Assembly: GCA_963668175.1 (NCBI GenBank)
Contig: OY764159.1
Span: 3,712,001 to 3,776,000, forward strand
Source: Syntrophales bacterium
Lineage (GTDB): Bacteria; Desulfobacterota; Syntrophia; Syntrophales; PHBD01
Direction of reading: 5' to 3'
Length of the DNA stretch: 64,000 bases
The notes beneath the pieces are model-generated. The model worked only from the letters and a program-made list of their open reading frames with translations. It searched no databases and was not told where the DNA came from. This document shows, piece after piece, positions 1-8,887 of the stretch; position 1 is the stretch's first letter; each line of letters begins with the position of its first letter. The translations under genes and the position numbers were made by a program.

Positions 1-24
1 ACACACCGGAATCGTTGTGTCCAT
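1..24 (-). CDS. 5' end of a gene running off the left edge (MDTTIPVC...), divergent from larC
   Basis: ATG at 24 on the minus strand preceded by purine-rich GAGGAAGG; only 8 codons visible. Confidence 0.4.
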
Positions 25-242
25 ACAAGGCCTTCCTCGTTTCTTTTACAACTATAACATGCGGGAACATCCTTCGCATAACAATATCGTGCGAAGAATA
101 CGGCCAGGCAACTGTTGTATCCATCCCTTGCCAACCGGCACTTTTATCTCGCTCGCAACGATACAATAGGCCGTTTCCATTTTCCCGGTTGTATCCTGCC
201 CGCCGTTCATGCTAAAAGCCATGGAACAAAGGATTGTCAACA

Positions 243-1433
243 ATGAAGATTCTCTATTACGACTGTTTTTCAGGGATAAGCGGGGACATGCACCTGGGGG
301 CCATGCTCGATCTTGGCGTCGAACCCGAATACCTGCTTTCGGGCCTTAAGAAACTGGACATGGACGGCTACGAGATCGCGATTAACCGGGATATGCGCCG
401 GGGAATCACCGGGACGAGGGCGGACGTGGTGCTCCATTCCCATGAGATACGCCAGGCAGGAGGCGGCGTTCACGGCCGGTCCTACCGGGACATCGTGGCG
501 ATGCTCGAAAAAAGCGGCTTGCCGGAAGGGGCGAAGAAGGTCGCGCTCGCCATTTTTGCGAAGCTGGCGGAGGCGGAGGCGAAAGTCCACAGTCATGCCA
601 TAGACGATGTCCATTTCCATGAAGTAGGGGCCGTCGATTCCATCGTGGACATCGTCGGGGCCGCCCTTTGCCTCGCCCACCTGAAACCGGACCGTATCCT
701 CTGCTCACCCGTCCAGATAGGGGGCGGGATCGTGAAGTGCGAGCACGGGACCTTCCCCGTACCCGCCCCGGCAACAGCGGAGATACTACGCGGCATCCCC
801 GTCCGGATGGGCCTGGTGCCCTTCGAGACGACAACGCCAACCGGGGCGGCGATATTGGCCGCCTGCGTGGAGTCATTCACGGACCGGATCGGCTTCACGC
901 CGGAGAAGATAGGTTACGGAATCGGCCGTCGGGACACGGAGGTCCCGAATGTTCTCCGGGTCTACCTGGGAGAGATGGAGGCGGAGATTGCGGAAGATCT
1001 GGAGATTTTCGACGCCATGCTCGTCGAGTGCAATATCGACGATATGAACCCGGAGCTGTACGACGGTGTCATGGCGGCTCTGTTCTCCCGCGGAGCCCTT
1101 GACGTCTTCCTAACGCCGATCGTTATGAAGAAGTCGCGGCCGGCGGTGACGATCAGCGTCATCTGTCCCGGCGAAAAACGCCGGGCCATTGAAGAGACGC
1201 TCTTCCTGCAGACGACGACCTTCGGCGTCAGAACGCACCGGATCGAAAAAACGATGCTGTGCAGGGAGTTCGCGAAGGTGGCGACCAGGTTCGGGGAGAT
1301 CACCATGAAAAGCGCCTGTTACCGGGGAAGGAAGATCAAGTCGAAGCCCGAATACGAAGACTGCAAAAGGCTGGCTGAGGAGAACGGCGTATCTCTCGCG
1401 GAGATTTACGCCGCCATCCCGTACGTAAGTTGA
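243..1433 (+). CDS. larC: Nickel-pincer cofactor nickel insertase (cyclometallase)
   Basis: YYDCFSGISGDM, EAKVH..VHFHEVGAVDSIVD, ETTTPTGAA, ECNIDDM, MKKSRP, KPEYED motifs; single unsplit ORF. Confidence 0.95.
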   Translation: MKILYYDCFSGISGDMHLGAMLDLGVEPEYLLSGLKKLDMDGYEIAINRDMRRGITGTRADVVLHSHEIRQAGGGVHGRSYRDIVAMLEKSGLPEGAKKVALAIFAKLAEAEAKVHSHAIDDVHFHEVGAVDSIVDIVGAALCLAHLKPDRILCSPVQIGGGIVKCEHGTFPVPAPATAEILRGIPVRMGLVPFETTTPTGAAILAACVESFTDRIGFTPEKIGYGIGRRDTEVPNVLRVYLGEMEAEIAEDLEIFDAMLVECNIDDMNPELYDGVMAALFSRGALDVFLTPIVMKKSRPAVTISVICPGEKRRAIEETLFLQTTTFGVRTHRIEKTMLCREFAKVATRFGEITMKSACYRGRKIKSKPEYEDCKRLAEENGVSLAEIYAAIPYVS

Positions 1434-1436
1434 GGT

Positions 1437-2294
1437 TTGGCCCAGGAGAAGAAACATAAGATGATTATGGCGGATGCCGAACGCAAATTGGAACAACTGA
1501 AAGAAAACGTGAGCCGGTTGGAGAGTGTCGCCGTGGCGTTTTCCGGCGGCGTGGACAGCACGTTCCTGCTCAAGGTAGCACGGGATGTCCTGGGAGAGAA
1601 GGTGGTCGCGGTCACGGCGCAATCCTCGACCTACCCGGGCAGAGAGTTGAGGGAGGCCGTTTCCTTCGCAGAAGCGATCGGCGTGAAACACGTAGTCATC
1701 GAGTCCGAGGAACTGGACATCGACGGATTCTCCGCCAACCCCGTCAACCGCTGCTATCTCTGCAAAAAAGAGCTGTTCTCCAAAATCATCGCCGTCGCCC
1801 GCGAACACGGTCTCAGGCACGTCGTCGAAGGCTCCAATGCGGACGACCTCAACGACTACCGGCCCGGACTCATGGCCATCCGTGAGCTTGGTATCCTAAG
1901 TCCTCTGAAGGAAGCCTCTTGGGGAAAAGACGAAGTGCGGATGTTTTCCCGGGAGTTAGGCCTGCCGACGTGGGACAAACCGGCCTATGCGTGCCTTTCC
2001 TCGCGTATTCCCTACGGGCAGGAGATCACGAAAAAGAAGCTCAGGGCCATCGAAGAGGGGGAGCAGTTCCTGCTCGACCTGGGTTTCAGACAGGTGCGGG
2101 TACGCCATCACGGCGACATCGCGCGGATCGAGGTGGCCGCCTCGGAACGCGTCCGTTTCGCCGATGCCGACCTCATGGATAAGATCGATGCCGCCTTCAA
2201 GGCCTGGGGATTCGCCTATGTCGCCCTCGATCTGAAGGGCTACCGGACCGGCAGCATGAACGAGGTCATCGATACGGGCATGAAGCGCGGGTAA
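1437..2294 (+). CDS. larE: ATP-dependent sulfur transferase of NPN biosynthesis (true start may be ATG 1461 or 1467)
   Basis: PP-loop AFSGGVDS, NRCYLCK, DDLNDYRPG, ACLSSRIPYG, RVRHHG; between larC and larB. Confidence 0.95.
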   Translation: MAQEKKHKMIMADAERKLEQLKENVSRLESVAVAFSGGVDSTFLLKVARDVLGEKVVAVTAQSSTYPGRELREAVSFAEAIGVKHVVIESEELDIDGFSANPVNRCYLCKKELFSKIIAVAREHGLRHVVEGSNADDLNDYRPGLMAIRELGILSPLKEASWGKDEVRMFSRELGLPTWDKPAYACLSSRIPYGQEITKKKLRAIEEGEQFLLDLGFRQVRVRHHGDIARIEVAASERVRFADADLMDKIDAAFKAWGFAYVALDLKGYRTGSMNEVIDTGMKRG

Positions 2295-2309
2295 GGAAAA
2301 GAGAAAGGT

Positions 2310-3050
2310 ATGGAACTGAAGCAGATACTTGAGGACATTAAGAGCGGCCGCCTGAGCATTGAGGAGGGTATCGCCCGGATCAAGGGCGTCCATTACCTGG
2401 ACGTGGGGTGCGCCAAAATCGACACCCACCGGGAGGAACGGGTCGGTTACCCGGAGGTGATCTTCTGTCCGGGTAAGACGACAGAGCAGGTGAAGACGAT
2501 CGTCCGGGCCATGATGGAGAGGAAATCGAACATCCTGGCGACACGGGCTAGCGAAGAACTCTTTGTACAAATTAAGAACGTCTGCTCCAGCGCCGTCTAC
2601 CATCTGCAGGCCCGGATCATAACCATAAGGCAGAAAGAAATCGATCCGCCCCCAAGCTACATCGCCGTCGTCACGGCCGGGACCTCGGACGTCCCGGTAG
2701 CGGAAGAGGCGGCCGTAACGGCCGAATTTTTCGGCAACCGGGTGGAACGTGTCCTCGATGTCGGCGTCGCCGGCATCCATCGTCTTTTCTTCAACATGGA
2801 TGTCATCACCGGGGCCCGGGTCGTCGTCGTGGCGGCGGGCATGGAAGGAGCACTGCCCAGCATCATCGGCGGTCTGGTGGACAAGCCCGTGATCGCGGTG
2901 CCCACCAGCATCGGCTACGGCGCCAGCTTCAACGGCCTGGCCGCCCTTTTGGGCATGCTCAACAGCTGCGCCAGCGGCGTCTCAGTCGTCAATATCGACA
3001 ACGGCTTCGGAGCCGGCTATATGGCCAGCATGATCAACAGATTAACCTGA
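2310..3050 (+). CDS. larB: NaAD carboxylase/hydrolase of NPN biosynthesis (PurE-like)
   Basis: AGTSDVPVAEEA, DVGVAGIHR, AGMEGALPS, VPTSIGYG, VVNIDNGFGA. Confidence 0.95.
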   Translation: MELKQILEDIKSGRLSIEEGIARIKGVHYLDVGCAKIDTHREERVGYPEVIFCPGKTTEQVKTIVRAMMERKSNILATRASEELFVQIKNVCSSAVYHLQARIITIRQKEIDPPPSYIAVVTAGTSDVPVAEEAAVTAEFFGNRVERVLDVGVAGIHRLFFNMDVITGARVVVVAAGMEGALPSIIGGLVDKPVIAVPTSIGYGASFNGLAALLGMLNSCASGVSVVNIDNGFGAGYMASMINRLT

Positions 3051-3081
3051 CGGCGTCTCCCGCCCTATTCCCAAATACTTC

Positions 3082-3357
3082 CTACGCCCCTCCCTCGCCG
3101 TGTTCATGACGGTGGGGCGCTTTATCGTGGCCGGGATGATCGTGGGAATGCTTGCCGTGTTCCCCGCGGTGCTCGTGGTCGTGCTTGCCTGCGGCGCCCT
3201 TATGTTCGTGCTCATGGGTGTGTTCGTGCTCATGGTCGTGCGTATGCTGGTGCTTGTGGGCATGGCTGTGTTTCTTGTCCCCATGGGAGTGGGAATGTTT
3301 GTGATCGTGGACATGGGCATGGGAATGTTCGTGTTCGTGCTCGTGTTTTCCTTTCAT
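3082..3357 (-). CDS. Histidine-rich small protein (34 His in 91 aa), putative Ni/metal-binding
   Basis: Strong SD (AAGGAGGGG) just before ATG; long (HX)n runs; 27 nt downstream of the flavoprotein gene on the same strand. Confidence 0.8.
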   Translation of the reverse strand: MKGKHEHEHEHSHAHVHDHKHSHSHGDKKHSHAHKHQHTHDHEHEHTHEHEHKGAAGKHDHEHRGEHGKHSHDHPGHDKAPHRHEHGEGGA

Positions 3358-3384
3358 GACCCCTCCTTGCAGATTCGATGGTGA

Positions 3385-4929
3385 TTATTTCCAGGGCTTC
3401 AAAGCCGCGGCATTTTGGGCGGCGAGCCTGCCGAATACGATCGGCTGCCCTAGGGCCGTACCGCCGTTCGGGTAGTAGAAACCTATCGCCATATGGGCGT
3501 TGGTGCCGGCCGCGAAGAGCCCTTCAATCACCTCGCCGGACGTGCTTAAAACCTGCGATTTTTCGTTGATCTTCAATCCGCCCGCCGTATCGTACAGTCC
3601 CGGATAGACTTCTGCTGCGTAAAAAGGAGGTCCGGCAATCCTGCCTGCGCCGTTTGTGCCCGGAATCTCGCCGCGGCGGAAGAGGGGATCCTTCCCGGTT
3701 GCGGCATGGGCGTTGTACGTTTCGACAGTCTTCGCCAATGCCGTGCCGTCCAGTCCAACCTGACCGGCAAGCGCTTCGAGGGTATCGGCTTTCTTGATCC
3801 AGCCGCGGCCGATCTCTTCCGAATTGTCCTTGCTCCAACCGGGATCTATAGCCACCGGTCCACTCAGCCGGACTTTCTCGTCGAAGATCACCCAGGCGGG
3901 AACATTGGCGTAAGCGTCCGCCACGGTATCATACGGATAGAAGCTCGTGGAAACGGTATCGTAGTCGGCGGATTCGTTACAGAAGCGCTGCCCCTTGCGA
4001 TTCACCATGATGCAGGAAGGGGCTGTCAGGATCGCGTACCTGGCCCCCCGGTTCGTGCCGGGCATCCGGAAGACGGAGACGCCTATCGATTCGCACATCC
4101 CCTCCACGGCCGCGCCGGCACCCATGCCCATGAGAATACCGTCGCCGTCCAGCCCGGGCACCTGACCGTAAATGGGATAAACCTTGAGGAACGATTTCTT
4201 GAGGGCTTCGTTGGAAGTGAAACCGCCGGCACAGAGGATGACGCCGCGCTTCGCTTTATAGGTGTCGTCCTTCTTTTCGCCGATCACGCCAACGACGCGG
4301 CCCGTGCGGCTGACGGCCAGTTTTCTCGCCCGGACCCCGGTTACGATCTCGACATTCTTGGCCTTTGCCGTCCGGATCATGAGCGAGATAAGGCCGGCGC
4401 CCTTCCCTTCACTGCTGATGTTTCTGCCCTTACCCGCCCCGGGATAGCCGGGATGGTAGTCGAAACGGTCCGGCTGGGTGGCCTTGAGGCCCACCCTGTT
4501 CATCAGCCAGGCCGCCGTGTCCTTCGTGTTTTCCGCAAACACCCGGATCAGCTTTTCGTCGCCCTGGTCCTTGGCGCAGTTGGTGAGGTACCGGATCACC
4601 TGGTCCACGGAATCCGGATGGTTCTGCAGGGGATTGAGGGGAAGCCAGACTGTGCCGCTCGATACCGGAGAAGCCCCCGAGGCCCCCGCTCCTTTTTCCA
4701 GGATCATGACCTTCGCGCCCAGGTCGGCGGCCTCTATCGCCGCAGCCAAGCCGGCCACACCCAGTCCGACGATGACGATGTCCGCTTCCCGTTTCCACTT
4801 CGCCGGCGGCTCTGCGGCCCCCGCATCACTCTGTCCGATCCGACTTAAAGTCAGGGCACCGAGACCGACGGCGGCACCTTTCAGAAATCCCCGGCGGCTG
4901 ATCCGTTTCTTTTCATATCGTCCGTTCAT
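3385..4929 (-). CDS. Tat-exported FAD-dependent oxidoreductase (FAD_binding_2; KstD/flavocytochrome c flavin-subunit-like)
   Basis: SRRGFLK twin-Arg signal, IVGLGVAGLAAA FAD motif, VNRKGQRFCNE, DTAGGLKIN, GLFAAG. Confidence 0.88.
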   Translation of the reverse strand: MNGRYEKKRISRRGFLKGAAVGLGALTLSRIGQSDAGAAEPPAKWKREADIVIVGLGVAGLAAAIEAADLGAKVMILEKGAGASGASPVSSGTVWLPLNPLQNHPDSVDQVIRYLTNCAKDQGDEKLIRVFAENTKDTAAWLMNRVGLKATQPDRFDYHPGYPGAGKGRNISSEGKGAGLISLMIRTAKAKNVEIVTGVRARKLAVSRTGRVVGVIGEKKDDTYKAKRGVILCAGGFTSNEALKKSFLKVYPIYGQVPGLDGDGILMGMGAGAAVEGMCESIGVSVFRMPGTNRGARYAILTAPSCIMVNRKGQRFCNESADYDTVSTSFYPYDTVADAYANVPAWVIFDEKVRLSGPVAIDPGWSKDNSEEIGRGWIKKADTLEALAGQVGLDGTALAKTVETYNAHAATGKDPLFRRGEIPGTNGAGRIAGPPFYAAEVYPGLYDTAGGLKINEKSQVLSTSGEVIEGLFAAGTNAHMAIGFYYPNGGTALGQPIVFGRLAAQNAAALKPWK

Positions 4930-5059
4930 TTTGCCTCCTTCCCGCGCATGGCGTCTCTTTCATTCAAGTTAAGGCAGAAGACGGTTGCTGTCAACGAAAT
5001 GTTGACCGTAAGATCCGGCGGAGGCCGTTCGGGACAAACCGTTGTCAGCCCCGTATGCG

Positions 5060-6265
5060 TCACCGGGCAGCCTGGTAGGTCGTCCGTTCCGGCATTTCCG
5101 GCAGGGCCACAAGCTGCCCGAATACCGGCACGACAAAGGATTCTGCCTTGATCTCATGTGTTTTCATTGCCGCGGCCAGTTCGTCGACGGCATCGTCGTA
5201 TCCGTCCGGACCCAGTTGAAATACGCGGAAATGGGCGGCAATACTGACCTCGGGACCAAGATCGAGATGGGCCTGGACCGCTTCCGCCGGTCCCATGTGT
5301 ACGATGGAACGATAAACGACAGGCGGCTCCGCCGACGTCCGGGGCCTGAAGGGCGCAATGGGAAGGATCGCCACGCGGATCGGGGAGAAACGGCGGGCAA
5401 TCTCGCGGAAATGGGGTCCGTATCCCGTATCGCCGGCAAAATAAACGTTTCCGGAAGGCCCGGAGAGGACAAAGCCGCCCCAGAGCGTCTTGTCGCGGTC
5501 CCAGAAGGTGCGGGCCGAAAAGTGCCGTGCCGGAACGAGGGTCACGGTGACTTGGGGCGAAAGGCGGTACGACTGCCACCAGTCGAGCTCTTCAACATCC
5601 GGAATGCCCGTCTCCCGGATGAGTGCGCGGTTGCCCAGGGGGGTTACGGCCAGCGGTGCGCCTTTCCTCGCCAGATCCCTGAGGGTGGGACGGTCGAGAT
5701 GATCGTAATGGTTGTGAGAAACAAGTATGGCGTCGATGGGGGGCAGATCCTCAAAACGAAGGCCGGGAGGCTGGTGTCTTTTAGGACCGGCCCAGGACAC
5801 GGGACTGCATCGCATGGACCAGATAGGGTCGGTCAGGATATTGAGCCCGTCCATCTGGATAAGGAACGTTGCATGTCCGACGGGGATTACGGCAAGGTCA
5901 CCCCCCGAAACACGGGATGCGGGACGCGGCCCCGGCGTGACCTCCTGGCCGGTTTTCCATTCGGGCCAATCGACACCGATAAGCCATCTGCGAAGCCATA
6001 CATACGATCCGCCCCGAGGGGGGCTGCCGGCTGTGTGATCGGGAGTGACGTCCGGATTGAAATAGCGGTTGCCGTCAAAGTGATCCGAGCCCTTTGCATT
6101 CCTGTCGGCGGCCGTCTGAGCCTCGGGACCGGCGGGCATCGGCATCAGGGAAAGGATCAGGGCGAACAACAGGAGAACGGCGATAAATCTCAGACCATCC
6201 CCGGAGGAGGCATGGTTTACACGTATCTTGACACTCATCTTTGCGGCTGTCTTATGTAAGTTCAA
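5060..6265 (-). CDS. Exported MBL-fold metallohydrolase, NAPE-PLD/RomA-like (start uncertain, possibly 6238)
   Basis: GHATFL, TDPIWS, SHNHYDHLD, PARHFSAR, YFAGDTGY, HMGP; hydrophobic N-terminal segment. Confidence 0.85.
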   Translation of the reverse strand: MNLHKTAAKMSVKIRVNHASSGDGLRFIAVLLLFALILSLMPMPAGPEAQTAADRNAKGSDHFDGNRYFNPDVTPDHTAGSPPRGGSYVWLRRWLIGVDWPEWKTGQEVTPGPRPASRVSGGDLAVIPVGHATFLIQMDGLNILTDPIWSMRCSPVSWAGPKRHQPPGLRFEDLPPIDAILVSHNHYDHLDRPTLRDLARKGAPLAVTPLGNRALIRETGIPDVEELDWWQSYRLSPQVTVTLVPARHFSARTFWDRDKTLWGGFVLSGPSGNVYFAGDTGYGPHFREIARRFSPIRVAILPIAPFRPRTSAEPPVVYRSIVHMGPAEAVQAHLDLGPEVSIAAHFRVFQLGPDGYDDAVDELAAAMKTHEIKAESFVVPVFGQLVALPEMPERTTYQAAR

Positions 6266-6608
6266 CTTAAGCTGCGGCCTTCACAACGAATTGTTCCGAA
6301 ACCGAAACCAGACCGGCGCATGCTTCTATCTTTCCTAGAGCGACTATATGGGGGCAGACCGCCTCGTGTCAAGGCCATTGCGCTGCGGAACGTCCTCCTG
6401 TGCAATTCTCGCGAAGCGCCCCCTATTCATTGCGATAGCCATTATCTTTACGGCCAGAGTTCGCATTCCCGCATCACTCCCGAATCGACATTCGAAGCAA
6501 GGCTCCGGATACTCGGTCATATCTGCGATGGATTTACAATCACGCTGCCGGGATTTCTCACCGCTCCTGCCGCCCGTTTTCCGGGCTGTCGCTGCCGGAA
6601 CGGCGGCA

Positions 6609-7175
6609 TCAGGGAATGACCTTGACGATATCCGGGGCATGGCGCTCCGAAGCGGCCGGAATGGCCGCAGGATACCCCAGGATGATGGGGGCGACGATCC
6701 GGAAGCCTTCGGGTATCCCAAGTTCCTTGATGATCTCGGGATTGCGGATATAGCCCCCTTGGGCGATCCAACAGGTGCCCAGGCCTCGCGCCGCAGCCGA
6801 AAACATGAAATAGGCGACCGTCAAAGCCGAATCCAGATCGAGCGTCCTGACGCCCTTGGGGCCGATGACATACACAAGGCAGGGAGCGTTGTAGAAAGTG
6901 TTGAAGGCTTCGTTGCGGAGCGTCTGTTCGTACATCTTGAGGGGCGAAGACGGATCCCTGACGATATCGGCGACGAAATTGGCCTTGCTTTCGTCCGAAT
7001 ATCTCTTCATTGCGGCGCGGTCCTGCACGATGATGAATTTGCAGGGCTGCCCGTTGCTTGCCGTCGGGGCGTAAACCGTATCCTGAATGATCTCTTTCAC
7101 GAGCGGCAGGGGCACGGGTTTGTCCTGGAAATCCCTGATCGCCCGCCTTTTTATCAACAATTCCTGAAATTCCAT
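6609..7175 (-). CDS. Nitroreductase family protein
   Basis: RRAIRDF, APTASNGQP, AAARGLGTCWI, LGYP. Confidence 0.9.
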   Translation of the reverse strand: MEFQELLIKRRAIRDFQDKPVPLPLVKEIIQDTVYAPTASNGQPCKFIIVQDRAAMKRYSDESKANFVADIVRDPSSPLKMYEQTLRNEAFNTFYNAPCLVYVIGPKGVRTLDLDSALTVAYFMFSAAARGLGTCWIAQGGYIRNPEIIKELGIPEGFRIVAPIILGYPAAIPAASERHAPDIVKVIP

Positions 7176-7310
7176 GGTTCTTGTCTCCTTTCACCTTTCT
7201 TGAATGACTGCAAACAATCCTAAGAAGCTTAGAAGAAAGATCTCACCCTGTCAAGAACCCGCTTGAGACGGAGCGTGCAATGCACGCGGCGCCCTATAAC
7301 CGGCCATTTC

Positions 7311-7326
7311 TTTACACAACTTTTAC
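7311..7326 (-). promoter_or_regulatory. GTAAA-N6-GTAAA direct repeat, possible OmpR-family regulator site
   Basis: TTTAC at 7311 and 7322 (11-bp period) in the divergent nitroreductase/radical SAM intergenic region. Confidence 0.3.
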
Positions 7327-7498
7327 ATAGGCTCTTGTGAATCGTCTTGACTTCGACGGGTTTTGGTGTCAGGACATAGAGGCCGGAGGCAATAAACCGG
7401 TCACCATCGCCGCCTGTCCGGAAGAGAGGAAACGAATGCACCGTTTTCGTCCGGGCGAAGCGGCCGTATTTTTTTAAGCAGCAGGAGAAACATTGTAC

Positions 7499-8803
7499 AT
7501 GAGCAAACCAAGTTTATTGCTGATTCATCCGGCAGCCGACAAAGATCGTTTCGGATTGCGGAGGCGTAAAAGATCGTCCGTCCCGCAGCTTAACCTGCCG
7601 TTGCTTGCAGCCCACGCCGACGACCGTTTTGACGTCAGGATCGTCGATGAAAATATCGAGGATATCGACTTTACCCAACATGCCGATCTCGTAGGAATCA
7701 GCATCATGACGCCGACGGCCTTTCGCGGTTACGAAATAGCCGACGGTTACCGCAACAGGGGCGTCCCCGTCGTTATCGGCGGTATGCATGCCTTTTTCAT
7801 GAGGAACGAGGCGGCGCTCCATGCCGACAGCCTCGTCGCCGGCGAAGCGGAATATACGTGGAACCGGCTCCTTGACGATTTTCTTTCCGGCCGCATGGCT
7901 GAAACGTATAGCACGGATCAATTGCACGACCTCAAGGGACTTCCCGTACCCCGCCTGGATCTGCTGAAGAAGGGCGCCTATACCTTCTACAACATCATGG
8001 AAACGGCCCGGGGCTGCCCCCATCATTGCCACTACTGTGCGGTCACGCAGTTCTGGGGAAATCATTTCCGCTTCCGTCCCATTCCGGAAGTCATAGACGA
8101 GATGAAATCCCTCCCTCCGGGCGATATCGTCTTCATCGACGACAACATGTTCGGCCACCCGAACCGCGCGAAGGAGCTTTTCGAGGCCATGATCCCCCTG
8201 AAGCGTCACTGGTACGGACAGGGCGATCTTCGTCTTGCCAAGGACCGGGAGCTTCTGGAGCTTGCCAGCCGGGCCGGCTGCAAATGGATTTTTGTCGGAC
8301 TGGAAACGACGGACCCGAAAAACCTGAAGGCAATGGGCAAACACAGCCTCAACCGCGGCGGTGATTTCGGATCCGCCATCGCTGCTATTCAGAAGTCGGG
8401 CATCAACCTGTTTGCGTCCTTCATTGTCGGTATGGACAACGACGACAAGTCCGTCTTTAAGAACACCCTCGATTTCTGCATCGCGAACCGGATCGGCGGG
8501 GCGAATTTCTACATTCTCACCCCTATTCCCGGAACGCAGCTCTTCAAAGAAATGGAAGACGCCGGAAGACTGCTGCACAAGAATTGGAGCCGCTACGATA
8601 CCAATCACGTCGTCTTCGAGCCGGCCAGAATGACTAAGACGGATCTTTTGGAAGGGTATATCAGCTTATATCGGCAATTCTATTCCGTGACTTCGATTGC
8701 CAGGCGGATCGCCGCCAAGGGACACGACATCCCGGAAATGCTGGCGCTCAACATCGGCCGCCGGATCAATTTCCGCCACTTTGCCGCCGGTTGCCGCGTT
8801 TGA
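7499..8803 (+). CDS. B12-binding-domain radical SAM protein
   Basis: VVIGGMHA cobalamin-domain motif, ARGCPHHCHYC (CxxxCxxC), FIDDN, TPIPGT. Confidence 0.9.
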   Translation: MSKPSLLLIHPAADKDRFGLRRRKRSSVPQLNLPLLAAHADDRFDVRIVDENIEDIDFTQHADLVGISIMTPTAFRGYEIADGYRNRGVPVVIGGMHAFFMRNEAALHADSLVAGEAEYTWNRLLDDFLSGRMAETYSTDQLHDLKGLPVPRLDLLKKGAYTFYNIMETARGCPHHCHYCAVTQFWGNHFRFRPIPEVIDEMKSLPPGDIVFIDDNMFGHPNRAKELFEAMIPLKRHWYGQGDLRLAKDRELLELASRAGCKWIFVGLETTDPKNLKAMGKHSLNRGGDFGSAIAAIQKSGINLFASFIVGMDNDDKSVFKNTLDFCIANRIGGANFYILTPIPGTQLFKEMEDAGRLLHKNWSRYDTNHVVFEPARMTKTDLLEGYISLYRQFYSVTSIARRIAAKGHDIPEMLALNIGRRINFRHFAAGCRV

Positions 8804-8887
8804 TTTACAGAAACGGGAGTATGCCAAGCACACAACGTGAGGGGATTCTTCCCCGGTCCGGTACTCCGCCGGAGATCCTCCAGGAAG

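Noticed and set aside
3100..3384. Very hydrophobic 94-aa ORF that looks like a membrane protein
   Set aside because: Antisense shadow of the His-rich gene (CAT/CAC read as ATG/GTG); the minus-strand ORF has the SD
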